The notes below the pieces were generated by a model, which saw nothing but the letters and a program-made list of their open reading frames with translations, had not been told where the DNA came from and did no database searches. A stretch of 64,000 nt of DNA, taken from IMG/VR virus record IMGVR_UViG_3300017987_000006, positions 114,260 to 178,259 of that record; one strand, 5' to 3'. Each line of letters begins with the position of its first letter. The first letter of the stretch is position 1. The stretch is from a virus. Below, in pieces: positions 21,501-29,059 of this stretch. Both the position numbers and the translations under genes were made by a program.

Positions 21501-23248
21501 CTCAATCCATGCGCGGCGGTGTGATGAGCGGGAAGACCCCACTGGACGGGAAGGGGCAGACGGAGCTGCTGACTCGCTTGGCGAAAGATCACAAGGGGTC
21601 ATTCGGCGAAGTCGTCAACAAGATCAAAGACCTCGGAAACAGCTACGCCACGCAGACCGCTTCTTCGCTTGGCCTCGAAGATCTCCGCGCCGACAAGAAG
21701 CTGCGGGACCGCATCCTAAAGTCCGCGGACGCCAAGGTGAAGGAGATCATGTCGGGGAAGGGGACGAAGGAGCAAAAGCAGAAGAAGGCGATCCAGATCT
21801 ACGACAAAGCATCGGAGGCAATGATCAAGGCTGCCGAAATCGACCACGCCAAAAACCCTACTGAGCTATTTCAAATGTTGAAGGCGGGGATCAAACCGCA
21901 GATGGGCGCGTACCGTCAAATCACCATGGCTCCGATGCTGATGATGAACGCCAAGGGCAAGGTCATTCCAGATCCAATCCGCAAGTCCTACTCTGAGGGC
22001 ATCGATGTGGGCGACTACTGGACGCAGATGTCCGGGGCGCGCAAGGGCGTTGTACAGAAGGTCCAGTCTGTCCAGGAGCCTGGGTACTTTACCAAGCAGG
22101 TAATCAACTCGGTGATGAACAACGCCATCGGGGAGCAGGACTGCGGGACCAAGAAGGGGATCACACTCCCTATAGAAGAGCGCGACGTGCTAGATCGATA
22201 CCTGGCAAAGGACACCAAGTCAGGACGCAAGACCTTCAAGGCAGGGACCTTGATCACTCCCGGTGTTCGCGACAGTCTCAGGAACAACCGCGTCGGCCGT
22301 GTCGTCGTTCGTTCTCCGCTCCGATGTGAGCACAGCGGAACGGGGATTTGTGCTCGGTGTTATGGTAACGATGAGGATGGGGCTCCCCCACCCACCGGCC
22401 GGAACGTCGGCATCATCAGCGCCCAAGCCATCGGCGAGCGGGCAACTCAGCTCGCCATGCGGACCTTCCACGAAGGCGGGGTGGCCCCTGTCGGCGCGGC
22501 GGGGAAGCAGAAGGCCGCACTGACGGACGAGTTCAACCGGGTGCAGCAGCTCGTTCAGATGCACCAGAACATCCCTGGGTCTGCTCCTCTCAGCTCAGTC
22601 AACGGGAGGATAACCAAGATCCAAAAAGATCCTGCTGGCGGGAGCAACGTGTTCATCTCGGCGGGAGATAAAGAAGTACGCCACTATGTCCCACAAAACC
22701 GGGGCGAGCCGCTGACGTTTGTGGGGGACAGGGCCAGAAAGCTGACGCGTGGTATGCAGATCCAAAAGGGTGCTCCCCTCTCGGCCGGTCCGATAAACCC
22801 GAACGAGCTGTTGCCCCTGGCGGGAGTGAACAAGGTGCAGGGATACCTGGCCGGACAGATGTACGATCTGTACAAGCAGCAGGGGATACGTCGGAGGAAC
22901 ATCGAGACCGTCGTCAAGAGTATGACGAACCTGACCAAGGTTTCTGACCCGGGCGGACAGTCGGACTTCATTCGAGGCGACTTCGCCCCTACGTCCAAGC
23001 TCCAAGCGCTCAACAAGAAGCTGGTCGCGCAGGGAAAGAAGCCTATCGCACACAGGCCGGTGTTGAAGGGGGTCAAAACGTTGCCGCTCGACATGCAGAC
23101 AGACTGGATGGCAAGATTGAACCATGAGCAGCTTGCTGGTACAGTCGTCGATGCGGCGAACCAAGGATGGAGCAGCAATATCCACGGAGAGCATCCGATC
23201 CCAGCGCTTGCCTACGCAGCTGAATTCGGAAAGAAGAAACCATACTAG
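15548..23248 (+). CDS. Multisubunit-type RNA polymerase, beta and beta' fused in one chain, with intein
   Basis: Beta motifs GFLDPIHTPE, GYNYEDG, GDKISGRHGDKG, KLRHQV; beta' motifs KRDPVLH, NADFDG, RSPLRC...CARCYG, AQAIGERATQLAMRTFH; ATG 15548 with AGGAG. Confidence 0.95.
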   Translation: MARLAPEEGFALLKDQVAETVKEIFPIKGTKHTLRLDDIEVKDNKDIEDIRSQKKARLEGRTWSVPVNGKLSLVDNKTGKVVDRRTQRIMSLPKVTNRHSYIVDGQEYQMDNQWQLKPGVYSRRDERGELESMFNLKGKHAFKVKFDPKTAKFSMLKGTTNVPLYPIMRELGVTDEDLEKSWGKQILQSNKVKSSDAALERFYKAVNREKPSDPRQAREFLQEFMDGAKMDPDVARITLGDKHDTVGGKTIQLASQKLLGISRGDVKPDARDSLMFKNFRSTEDFAREALQTRSGEILRRVGNNLDRKGKIQEIVGPDIFNRPINALFKKANLSNRPDQTNPLEMISGAMKTTIMGEGGITSEHKITEDAKLIDPSHLGFLDPIHTPESARTGVSLHLPLGARKKGNKLVTKMYNIKTGKMEDVDPETAYNANIVLPDQVKWRDGKPVPIGKTVKFSGQENEITTGSMKGADYVMPAPAQLFSVASNMIPFLQNDSGNRATYASKQMEQAIPLKHRESPLVQTVIAAGKKETSLNKFMGKINSHTTPIDGEVVQVKSDSVVIKGADGKRKEVQTYDHFPLNDDKSFLHSTPLVKVGDKVKKGQTVADTNFTKKGDLALGSNLTTAYVPFHGYNYEDGVVISESGAKQLTSEHMHRKGLDVGKEHTLSKDAFLKHYGMTLKKDQADKLDDAGVIKKGQRVGPGDTLVAALRHREETDEDKIRRRMHKSLVKPYDNVSVTWDNDHPGVVTNVVKRGKRAEVHVRTEEPAEIGDKISGRHGDKGIITRIVPDHEMPTTKDGKRVHLALNPAGVAGRINLGQVLEAAAGKIAEKTGKPYRVQNFDGTEDMTERVQKELKEHGLSDKEELIDPKTGKTMGRALVGPRYMHKLRHQVGKKLVARAGGPDYAYDMNRIPKRGGPHGAQALDSLGVYAMLASGAKANLREMQTYKSNAENNDELWSAVQTGDPLPAPRPSFAYNKFVGMLKTIGVNTVKQGNTLNLMPLTDKQVREMSEGRTIKDAGKMVLGKNLKEEKGGIFDKDATGGLNGTKWSHIELPERMPNPIFEKAIVSLTGIKKKDLGALMDGSKALNTKTGQFTSPEEGVSAGKAVEHLLKKIDVDAELASAQKQIQNPSLKGDRLDKVNKKIKYLRSLKKLGMTPTEAYMTKTVPVLPPSMRPLAVRPNGELGVEDLNGMYKGLGIAINKMKDASPLQLPEKINKRRAAIYDAMKGLAGTGGYLNRDYRGVLDIIAGKKAQGPEGKPGSPRESYFQSKLIKRKQDLSMRSTIIPEPELGLDEVGIPRKAAMEMYKPFIVRELGNFAGLSPLAAQQAIKDRDPLAARALERVVKERPVMLKRDPVLHKYGVQAFKPVLTSGKAIKIHPLVTGGFNADFDGNCVDGCSELVIRCSGLAREHFMKFGAESLTVARDPALGINADRIMIKNFPREEEPHRYDRNGAAVYRVPDGLQVLSYDHFLGESTFEDVTELTIEEDCPVVEVRYASGHKVTASTNESLCVYDHETGMLRKARPEESVGALSPVISSPPGDKHDKFFGWMVGAFVSDGFFTNGRIGITKVDDEFRSTFGDALRTFGDVYASNTYRREKKAPTDFSEHSVKDHYTVGGEIKDLFMRCYTVEYRSYLRDGTRSGELKNKRAALYKRLPQDIGDYSRDALLGVLSGLLDGDGTLSWSRSKTKEQFLASYSTSSHQLMEDVRYLCHLLNVRCSVSPVYPRANRAQRHINYVISFSTVDIEKLAGELRLAAYSDTLIKLAANPLSKDDRDVVPVPISILRGMISKKSVVFKKDPKLCRSLATLASKNKRRPRVSRDTALRMVPYLNLENALEAYWSSLVKSDVRWSYVKEVEDKGKTTVYDLVVPTTKIFAVNGGLVVWDTMAAFVPLTSEAVDEARKMYPSRNLFSPATGSLMYKPTKESQLGLYKLTQQGKRTDKAFKTVAEAARAASAGSVGMTDVVKIGGQQTTIGRALVANALPQSMRGGVMSGKTPLDGKGQTELLTRLAKDHKGSFGEVVNKIKDLGNSYATQTASSLGLEDLRADKKLRDRILKSADAKVKEIMSGKGTKEQKQKKAIQIYDKASEAMIKAAEIDHAKNPTELFQMLKAGIKPQMGAYRQITMAPMLMMNAKGKVIPDPIRKSYSEGIDVGDYWTQMSGARKGVVQKVQSVQEPGYFTKQVINSVMNNAIGEQDCGTKKGITLPIEERDVLDRYLAKDTKSGRKTFKAGTLITPGVRDSLRNNRVGRVVVRSPLRCEHSGTGICARCYGNDEDGAPPPTGRNVGIISAQAIGERATQLAMRTFHEGGVAPVGAAGKQKAALTDEFNRVQQLVQMHQNIPGSAPLSSVNGRITKIQKDPAGGSNVFISAGDKEVRHYVPQNRGEPLTFVGDRARKLTRGMQIQKGAPLSAGPINPNELLPLAGVNKVQGYLAGQMYDLYKQQGIRRRNIETVVKSMTNLTKVSDPGGQSDFIRGDFAPTSKLQALNKKLVAQGKKPIAHRPVLKGVKTLPLDMQTDWMARLNHEQLAGTVVDAANQGWSSNIHGEHPIPALAYAAEFGKKKPY
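19724..21205 (+). mobile_element. Atypical intein with LAGLIDADG endonuclease in the RNAP active-site motif
   Basis: CVDG block A, VGAFVSDG and LSGLLDGDG motifs, VYDLVVP block F, ends VVWD then Thr; preceded by DFDGN; lower GC than flanks. Confidence 0.85.
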
Positions 23249-23257
23249 GAGACCGAG

Positions 23258-23638
23258 ATGAATCAAGAACACATGACCAAGATGGCGACGGCGTTCCTCA
23301 GCGAGCTGTCAGAAATCGAGAAGCAGGGCTTTGCCCCGCTCCGCTTCCTGGCCGGTGGTGTGCGCCGACTTGGGGTCGGCATGGCCAACGTTGGCCGGCA
23401 GGGTGGATTCCTCGGTGCCATTGGAGGAGCAGGGGCTCGCCGCGCTGGGGGGGTAAGCAGACACATCAAGCAGATCTATCGATCTGGCGCAAAGCCCGTC
23501 GCAGTGAAAGGCGTCGAAGGCGGTGGCAATATGTTCGGCGGGCTGAAGGCCCTCGCTCGATCACCATACGGCCAGATGGCAGCAGTCCCGGCGTTGGCCG
23601 CGGGCGGGCTGTACGCCGGCAAGAAGCTGTTGGGGTGA
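23258..23638 (+). CDS. Putative internal virion protein (AFLSELSEIEKQG, Gly-rich)
   Basis: Shared N-terminal motif; GGAG RBS. Confidence 0.55.
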   Translation: MNQEHMTKMATAFLSELSEIEKQGFAPLRFLAGGVRRLGVGMANVGRQGGFLGAIGGAGARRAGGVSRHIKQIYRSGAKPVAVKGVEGGGNMFGGLKALARSPYGQMAAVPALAAGGLYAGKKLLG

Positions 23639-23641
23639 TTT

Positions 23642-24868
23642 GTGGCGGAGGTTCTCGGTCCCCCCCGCATGGTGAGTACTGACAACTCACCGACCACGGC
23701 AGAACACGGACCCGCGTGGATCCATAAAGCCGCCGTCACCAATGTCAACCTACGTAACTGGACTGTCGATGTACTGACCGAGCAGGACAACGAATACCAC
23801 ACCGAACTGCAGGTGGCCTCTCCGTACTTCCACACAGAGAACGGGGAGGGTATCTATGCAATGCCCGAGGTCGGATCGATTTGTCTACTGGCAAAGCTGT
23901 CTGACGAAGCCACCCCATTCATCCTTGCGTTTTTGGGATCGTTTGAACTCGAGGGAGCACAACTCGACAATCTCACAGACCGGGCTGGGGAAGCGGCGAA
24001 CGCTGAGGAGGAGACGGGGACGACGCCGACCACTTCAATGTCGACGGGGGCCGGGCAGACGACGAACTCAGCTTCGGCCAGAGGAGGCAGGCCGTTTCTG
24101 AATCCCGGGGACATCATGCTTCGTACCCGGGACAAAAACTTCATCGTGCTGAAACGCGGTGGAGTAATCCAGATTGGCTCTACCCCGACATGTCAGACGG
24201 TCTACGTCCCCATCCTCAACTGCCTCCGCCAGTTTTGTGAAAACTACGAGATGATAACGCCCGGCGGGCTAACCACCTGGGCCGTTCAACGCCAGCAGAA
24301 TGACCCGGCCGGTCTCGCTCCTATCTTGTATCGAATGACGATCAGAGACAAGGCTCAGAATGATAAGGCTGACGTCCAGATTAAGGTGGGTCACATCTCG
24401 GATACGGTGCGATACGAGATGGAGATCGCTCCGCAGGGAATCCAGGTCAATGATGGTGCTGTTACTGGATCTAAGCTGAAGATGACCATTGATGTGAACG
24501 GGAATCAGACGTTCACGATGGAGGGAAGCCTCAGCTATACCATCCAAGGCGGCAGGAGCTACACAGTCCAAGGTACGGATACACTCAGCGTGACAGGCGC
24601 TAGATCGGTCGAGGCGAACAGCATTCAGGAACGATCAAGGACTACACACACGCTGAATGCGCTATCGAGCTTGGAGGACATAACGGGAACAAAGACGATT
24701 AAGGCGGCCATGGTCATGCTCGGAAAAGCCCCGTCGGAACCAGCTGTGCTGGGCGTCAAACTGTTGACGTGGCTGGCAAGCCATACGCATCCTGCACCAA
24801 GGGCCCCATCTGAGCAGGCACCACAACTGGCCACAATACTCTCTTCTAAGGTAGTGTTGACACCATGA
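23642..24868 (+). CDS. Baseplate hub/central spike (gp5/VgrG-like)
   Basis: OB-fold-like N-terminus (VASPYFH..GEGIYAMPEVGS) and C-terminal beta-repeat (YTIQGGRSYTVQGTDTLSVTG). Confidence 0.65.
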   Translation: MAEVLGPPRMVSTDNSPTTAEHGPAWIHKAAVTNVNLRNWTVDVLTEQDNEYHTELQVASPYFHTENGEGIYAMPEVGSICLLAKLSDEATPFILAFLGSFELEGAQLDNLTDRAGEAANAEEETGTTPTTSMSTGAGQTTNSASARGGRPFLNPGDIMLRTRDKNFIVLKRGGVIQIGSTPTCQTVYVPILNCLRQFCENYEMITPGGLTTWAVQRQQNDPAGLAPILYRMTIRDKAQNDKADVQIKVGHISDTVRYEMEIAPQGIQVNDGAVTGSKLKMTIDVNGNQTFTMEGSLSYTIQGGRSYTVQGTDTLSVTGARSVEANSIQERSRTTHTLNALSSLEDITGTKTIKAAMVMLGKAPSEPAVLGVKLLTWLASHTHPAPRAPSEQAPQLATILSSKVVLTP

Positions 24869-25224
24869 AGGTATCACAGCAGGGCCTGGAGGACGCGCTA
24901 AAGAAGTATCTCCAGGAGCTCGAGCCGGTGGCCAAGAGCGTGGCCACGAAGAACGAGGTGAAGCAAGAGCCTCGGCAGGGAGGTGGGACGGATGTATCTG
25001 TCGTGCAGACCAAGGGTGACGTGTATATGGACAGGCAGAACGCCACGGCACTGGCAAAATCTATTGCCAAATCGGTGCATGAACATGTAGTAGGATACAT
25101 GGACGACCCAATGGTGACGAAGCTCAACGAGCTGATAGCGCAGTACAATCAGCTCAGATCTGACTTCGTCACGGGCGGGGGATCGACGACATCAACAGCC
25201 GTAGACCAGATTCCCACGAGCTGA
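24865..25224 (+). CDS. Hypothetical structural protein
   Basis: ATGA-coupled to spike gene. Confidence 0.55.
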   Translation: MKVSQQGLEDALKKYLQELEPVAKSVATKNEVKQEPRQGGGTDVSVVQTKGDVYMDRQNATALAKSIAKSVHEHVVGYMDDPMVTKLNELIAQYNQLRSDFVTGGGSTTSTAVDQIPTS

Positions 25225-25226
25225 TC

Positions 25227-25255
25227 GTGACAAACCGGCGCGGAAGTTGTAGACT
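25227..25255 (+). promoter_or_regulatory. Sigma70-like promoter
   Basis: GTGACA-17 nt-TAGACT upstream of 25277. Confidence 0.55.
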
Positions 25256-25276
25256 CGCGCCTAGGAGATAGGAACA

Positions 25277-27283
25277 ATGGAACTTTTCCTGGATGATCCA
25301 AATGGCCTACCCAAGTTTGCTGCGGCCTTTACCAGGCTGTCCGAGAACCCGGACGAGTGGCAGGCGGAAATCGTCAACGAGCTGTTTCGTCAGGCCCCGT
25401 ACGCCGGTGAGTTCACGGCCAAGGTCATCATGAACGAACTGGACCCGGAACGTAGGTATGGGATGGGAGCCGTCGAGCTGAAGACCCGCCAGGCCGTGGG
25501 CCCCCAGGACCACTCTGTCCCGGAGTATGTCCAGGGCGTGAACAAGGTGTTGATCCCGGTTGTTATCAAGGAGGGCAAACTTTCCCCTCTGGACGTCTTC
25601 CTGAGCAGCGGCAAAGCTATGCCACTGACCGAGCACCGCCTCCGCAAGGCCATGTTCCGGCCACAGCTGTTCGAGGCCGTGGCCAAACGGCCAGGCGACC
25701 AGGACATGATGAACACGCTGTTCCCACCGTACCGTTCGGGGGGATTCGGCCTGGGCGGGAACAGCCGCGTGGGCACGATGGAGCAGGGCAAGACCGCCTC
25801 GGCAAACATCCCGCTCGTGGACGCAATCCACAACACCATCAAGGAGGCGGACGTAAAGCGTGTGGAAGATCAACTCAACGCTGACCCTACGCTGCAAGCC
25901 GCCATCCTCAGAAACGAGGCGACCGCGGGCTTCATGGCAAAGCTGGCGCGACCACGTAAAGCTCTGTCGGACAGGCAGCTGACCAAGATAGCGATGGGGC
26001 TCGTTCGGCCGAAGGTGATCCAGGTATCCAAGTCGCGCGGCGGGTTCATGATTAAGACCGCCGCGCCAGACACTCTCGCCCCAGAGGAAAACGAGGTCAC
26101 CCGTCCGGATGCGGAGTCCATCGTCGGCAAGGACGTCGTCAAGAACGTTGAGCGGGACGGGACCGTTACTATCTCCACCGACCCGGTCGTCCGCGACTCG
26201 TTGTCCGATGCTAAGATCAAGGTCGTCGATGAGTTCGGCGAGTATAAGGTCAGGACCAAGGACGGCAAGGAGCTCGTGGGGTGGGTCTTTCCACGCTGCG
26301 TCGATCTGGGGGGCGTCAACCTGGCGCTTGCCATCTTCTCCAACGGGTCCCAGTCAGGTGTGCAGGAGAACATCGCCGCCAGCCCGGTAGGCAAGGGCAC
26401 AAATCTGATCGATGGCGAGCCGGAGGGATTCGGTTGTTTCTACCTGGCACGCCAGGGTGGGGCCGTGGCCATCGTCCCGATGGACATCAAGGGGCACGGC
26501 GTTGGGCCGGATGGAACAGACGAGTTTCAGGTTTCCACGATGTTGGGCGACGCTGCTCGCATCCGCAAGGTGGAAGGGCTGAACAAGGTCGCAGAGATCG
26601 GAGACGGGGTCTACGGCATTCCCCAAGACTGCGGGTGGCTGCCACTCAGGAACATGACCAAGCTGGCCGATAGTGCCGACGAGTTCACCAAGACGGCGCA
26701 GGTGCGCGGCTCGCTAGATCGGATCGAGGTGATGTACGATCAGTCTGGCGTTTACAGCATGCGTGGCAAGCCGATGGAGAAGTTGGCCAGCGCTGGGGTC
26801 CGACACCAGTACGTCGACCAAGATCAGACCGTGTTTAACATGGCACTTCTGGGGGTCCATCCATCCACAGCAAAAGAAAAGCTCGCGGAGGCCCGCAAGG
26901 CTTCGCGATGGTGTTCAATCGAAGGAGTGAGGCCGGTCACTCTAGCATCTGAGAAGTACGCTGCGGCGAAGGCGGAGGCCCGCACGTTCATCGAGAACAT
27001 GCCTCGTATCAAGTCCCTGCTACTGAAGGAAGCAGCGGCCTTGGACGATCCCATGTCGGTAGACAAAGTGCTGTCGGTAGGGTTCCTGAACCCAGAGAAC
27101 ATCAGCACCTTCGTATCCTACCTGCCCGAGTTCGAGGACGTACTCAGCAAGCTCAGCGAGCTGTTGATCGCTTCAAGGCTCGGTCTGTCGACAGTGGACA
27201 CTGGGGCTCTCGAGCGCGTCGTGCAGCACTTGGATAAGGTGACTGGCGGGCTCAGAGAGTTAAACCAGCATCCACAGGCATGA
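25277..27283 (+). CDS. Putative virion structural protein (668 aa, several K-x-A sites)
   Basis: AGGAG RBS; GKTAS, TKIAM, TKTAQ, EKLAS, LKEAA. Confidence 0.6.
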   Translation: MELFLDDPNGLPKFAAAFTRLSENPDEWQAEIVNELFRQAPYAGEFTAKVIMNELDPERRYGMGAVELKTRQAVGPQDHSVPEYVQGVNKVLIPVVIKEGKLSPLDVFLSSGKAMPLTEHRLRKAMFRPQLFEAVAKRPGDQDMMNTLFPPYRSGGFGLGGNSRVGTMEQGKTASANIPLVDAIHNTIKEADVKRVEDQLNADPTLQAAILRNEATAGFMAKLARPRKALSDRQLTKIAMGLVRPKVIQVSKSRGGFMIKTAAPDTLAPEENEVTRPDAESIVGKDVVKNVERDGTVTISTDPVVRDSLSDAKIKVVDEFGEYKVRTKDGKELVGWVFPRCVDLGGVNLALAIFSNGSQSGVQENIAASPVGKGTNLIDGEPEGFGCFYLARQGGAVAIVPMDIKGHGVGPDGTDEFQVSTMLGDAARIRKVEGLNKVAEIGDGVYGIPQDCGWLPLRNMTKLADSADEFTKTAQVRGSLDRIEVMYDQSGVYSMRGKPMEKLASAGVRHQYVDQDQTVFNMALLGVHPSTAKEKLAEARKASRWCSIEGVRPVTLASEKYAAAKAEARTFIENMPRIKSLLLKEAAALDDPMSVDKVLSVGFLNPENISTFVSYLPEFEDVLSKLSELLIASRLGLSTVDTGALERVVQHLDKVTGGLRELNQHPQA

Positions 27284-28155
27284 TTGAAGAGTACCGTAGC
27301 CCCAGCGAGTTCTTCATCCGCTTCTTGTTCTCGGCACAAGAAGATCCGGACGTGGATGAAGTGCGGGCCAAGTTGATCAACTTGGGTCTGGACTGTGTCG
27401 ATATATCCTACCTCGAGTCTCTGTCACAGACGATGGAGCCCAGGCCCGACGATTATCAGCCGGACAATCCACGCCACCGACCGACCAGGGAGTATTTGAA
27501 GAAGCATAAGATCTACGACATGTGGAATCCAACGCCGGCCGTCAAGGAGGCTCAGCTCATCCTCCTCGACGTTTTTTTACGTGAGAAGCTCGAGCCGATG
27601 CTTCTGTCCAGCATGCCTCATCACCAGATAGCCAACCGGTTGCGGAAGTACACCGCCATTGCATTGTCCGAACAGGGTGTCCTGGCCTACGCACACTACT
27701 TTTGGAACCGCTCATTGATGCCGCAGTCTCTTTGGGTTGACTACCTAAAGCGCCGCTTTGGGAACTCCTACGTTCAAGGCGTGCAGACCCCCCGCGACTT
27801 GGCCTCAAAACACATGCCGTGGGTGGTGAACATCTCTGGTCCGTATGGTACGTTCAACACGGCCGAAGCATCGGCCAGGATCGGACAGATCGCATTCAAG
27901 CACGCCCTGGAGCTGGAGCACGAGAAGGCCACGGTCGAGACGACGATGGCGCTCAAAAACTGTATGATCACTATCGAGAAAGCAGACGTAATCATGCGCC
28001 GCAGCGAGGTTGCACTGCGCGACGTGTTGCGGCAGTTCCAGCGGTTCCGTGTGAAGCTGGCTGACGCGAAGATCGTACCCATTCAACAGCTGACGGATGG
28101 GAACTACAGTAAGTCCGGAGAGGGTACGGACACGGACAACGAGGAAGACTTCTGA
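27280..28155 (+). CDS. Hypothetical protein, possible terminase small subunit
   Basis: Helical with acidic tail, upstream of TerL; function inferred from position only. Confidence 0.4.
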   Translation: MIEEYRSPSEFFIRFLFSAQEDPDVDEVRAKLINLGLDCVDISYLESLSQTMEPRPDDYQPDNPRHRPTREYLKKHKIYDMWNPTPAVKEAQLILLDVFLREKLEPMLLSSMPHHQIANRLRKYTAIALSEQGVLAYAHYFWNRSLMPQSLWVDYLKRRFGNSYVQGVQTPRDLASKHMPWVVNISGPYGTFNTAEASARIGQIAFKHALELEHEKATVETTMALKNCMITIEKADVIMRRSEVALRDVLRQFQRFRVKLADAKIVPIQQLTDGNYSKSGEGTDTDNEEDF

Positions 28156-28168
28156 TCAGGAGGCTAAG

Positions 28169-28681
28169 GTGAATGATCTACCGAGACCAGCTTTCAGTAC
28201 TGTGGCTGAAATCGACAACGGCATTGACGTAGTAGGCAACGCTTCGGATACCACGGTGGAGAACGTGGAAAAGGCGGTCCCCGCGTGGACGCTCGTGTCT
28301 GACAGCAACATCGCCTGCGTCCGGTACCTCAAGTCGGGGGACGATTTGATCTACTGCATCTTTCGTGGAGCCGAGGTTCCTGAACGCTTCTGGGGAACGG
28401 GGGAGTTCGGGCTGTGCGTGTTGAGCGCCGTAGAAAGTAGTTGGCCGTACGACGACCCGAAGGTCGAGTTCATCCCGGCGCTATTTCGAGAAGAGGGCGT
28501 GGCTGACGATCCCCGCAGCGGTCCAGCGAAATATCCGGACTACTTCTACGGCGGGTACAGAGTGGAGGTGAAGAACGCGTTGAAGAAGCCGGTGTTGACG
28601 GAGGAGAAGATCGAGAAGCTGTCAGTCCGACTGGAGGAGGCAGCAGACGCCGCCATAGCTAAATGGTCGAACGGGAGCTAA
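28169..28681 (+). CDS. Hypothetical protein
   Basis: GTG 28169 with AGGAGG. Confidence 0.6.
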   Translation: MNDLPRPAFSTVAEIDNGIDVVGNASDTTVENVEKAVPAWTLVSDSNIACVRYLKSGDDLIYCIFRGAEVPERFWGTGEFGLCVLSAVESSWPYDDPKVEFIPALFREEGVADDPRSGPAKYPDYFYGGYRVEVKNALKKPVLTEEKIEKLSVRLEEAADAAIAKWSNGS

Positions 28682-29026
28682 AGGGGGGTGCGGCCCGCAG
28701 GCCGCCCACCATTGATCGACAAAGACGCACCGAGGCACAACATCCGCCTCGAATGGATGCGCGCTTTGCATCCTTCAGTGCGTCCTTGCCGAGCAGGCAT
28801 GTAGGCACTAAGTTGATCCAGCAAGGAGAAAACACCGTTGGTGTAAAACGCTCGGACGCGTTGGTACAGTCGTCCGTAGGACCGGTGCCCAATGAGCGAG
28901 GCGAACGACTCGGATGATGAACGTCGCTCGAACTTCAACTAGAGACGAACGTCTCGCTACGGCTGGTGAGGCCGCCTCCCTCTGTAGGGCCGGCAGGGAG
29001 GTGGAAACGCTAAGCGTGTTTCCATC
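28682..29026 (-). ncRNA. Candidate ~350-nt structured non-coding RNA
   Basis: GGTATAAG promoter at 29033-29041, many stems (15-bp stem 28716-28730/28778-28792 with G-U pairs valid only on the minus strand), terminal c(UGCG)g hairpin followed by CCCCUUU. Confidence 0.55.
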
Positions 29027-29032
29027 AAAGAC

Positions 29033-29041
29033 CTTATACCG
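29033..29041 (-). promoter_or_regulatory. GGTATAAG-class promoter motif
   Basis: CGGTATAAG pointing into the 28.7-29.0 kb intergenic region. Confidence 0.65.
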
Positions 29042-29059
29042 AACAATGGACCATTATTG

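Noticed and set aside
26238-26252. GTATAAG inside ORF 25277
   Set aside because: Coding (GAG TAT AAG), lacks the GG prefix and has no downstream start
28678-28938. 86-aa TTG-start ORF in the terminase-proximal gap
   Set aside because: No RBS and no protein-like composition; dense RNA structure explains the region better
28682-29026. tmRNA, RNase P or self-splicing intron identity for the structured RNA
   Set aside because: No T-arm/CCA end, no GAGGAAAGUCC motif, no recognisable group I/II core
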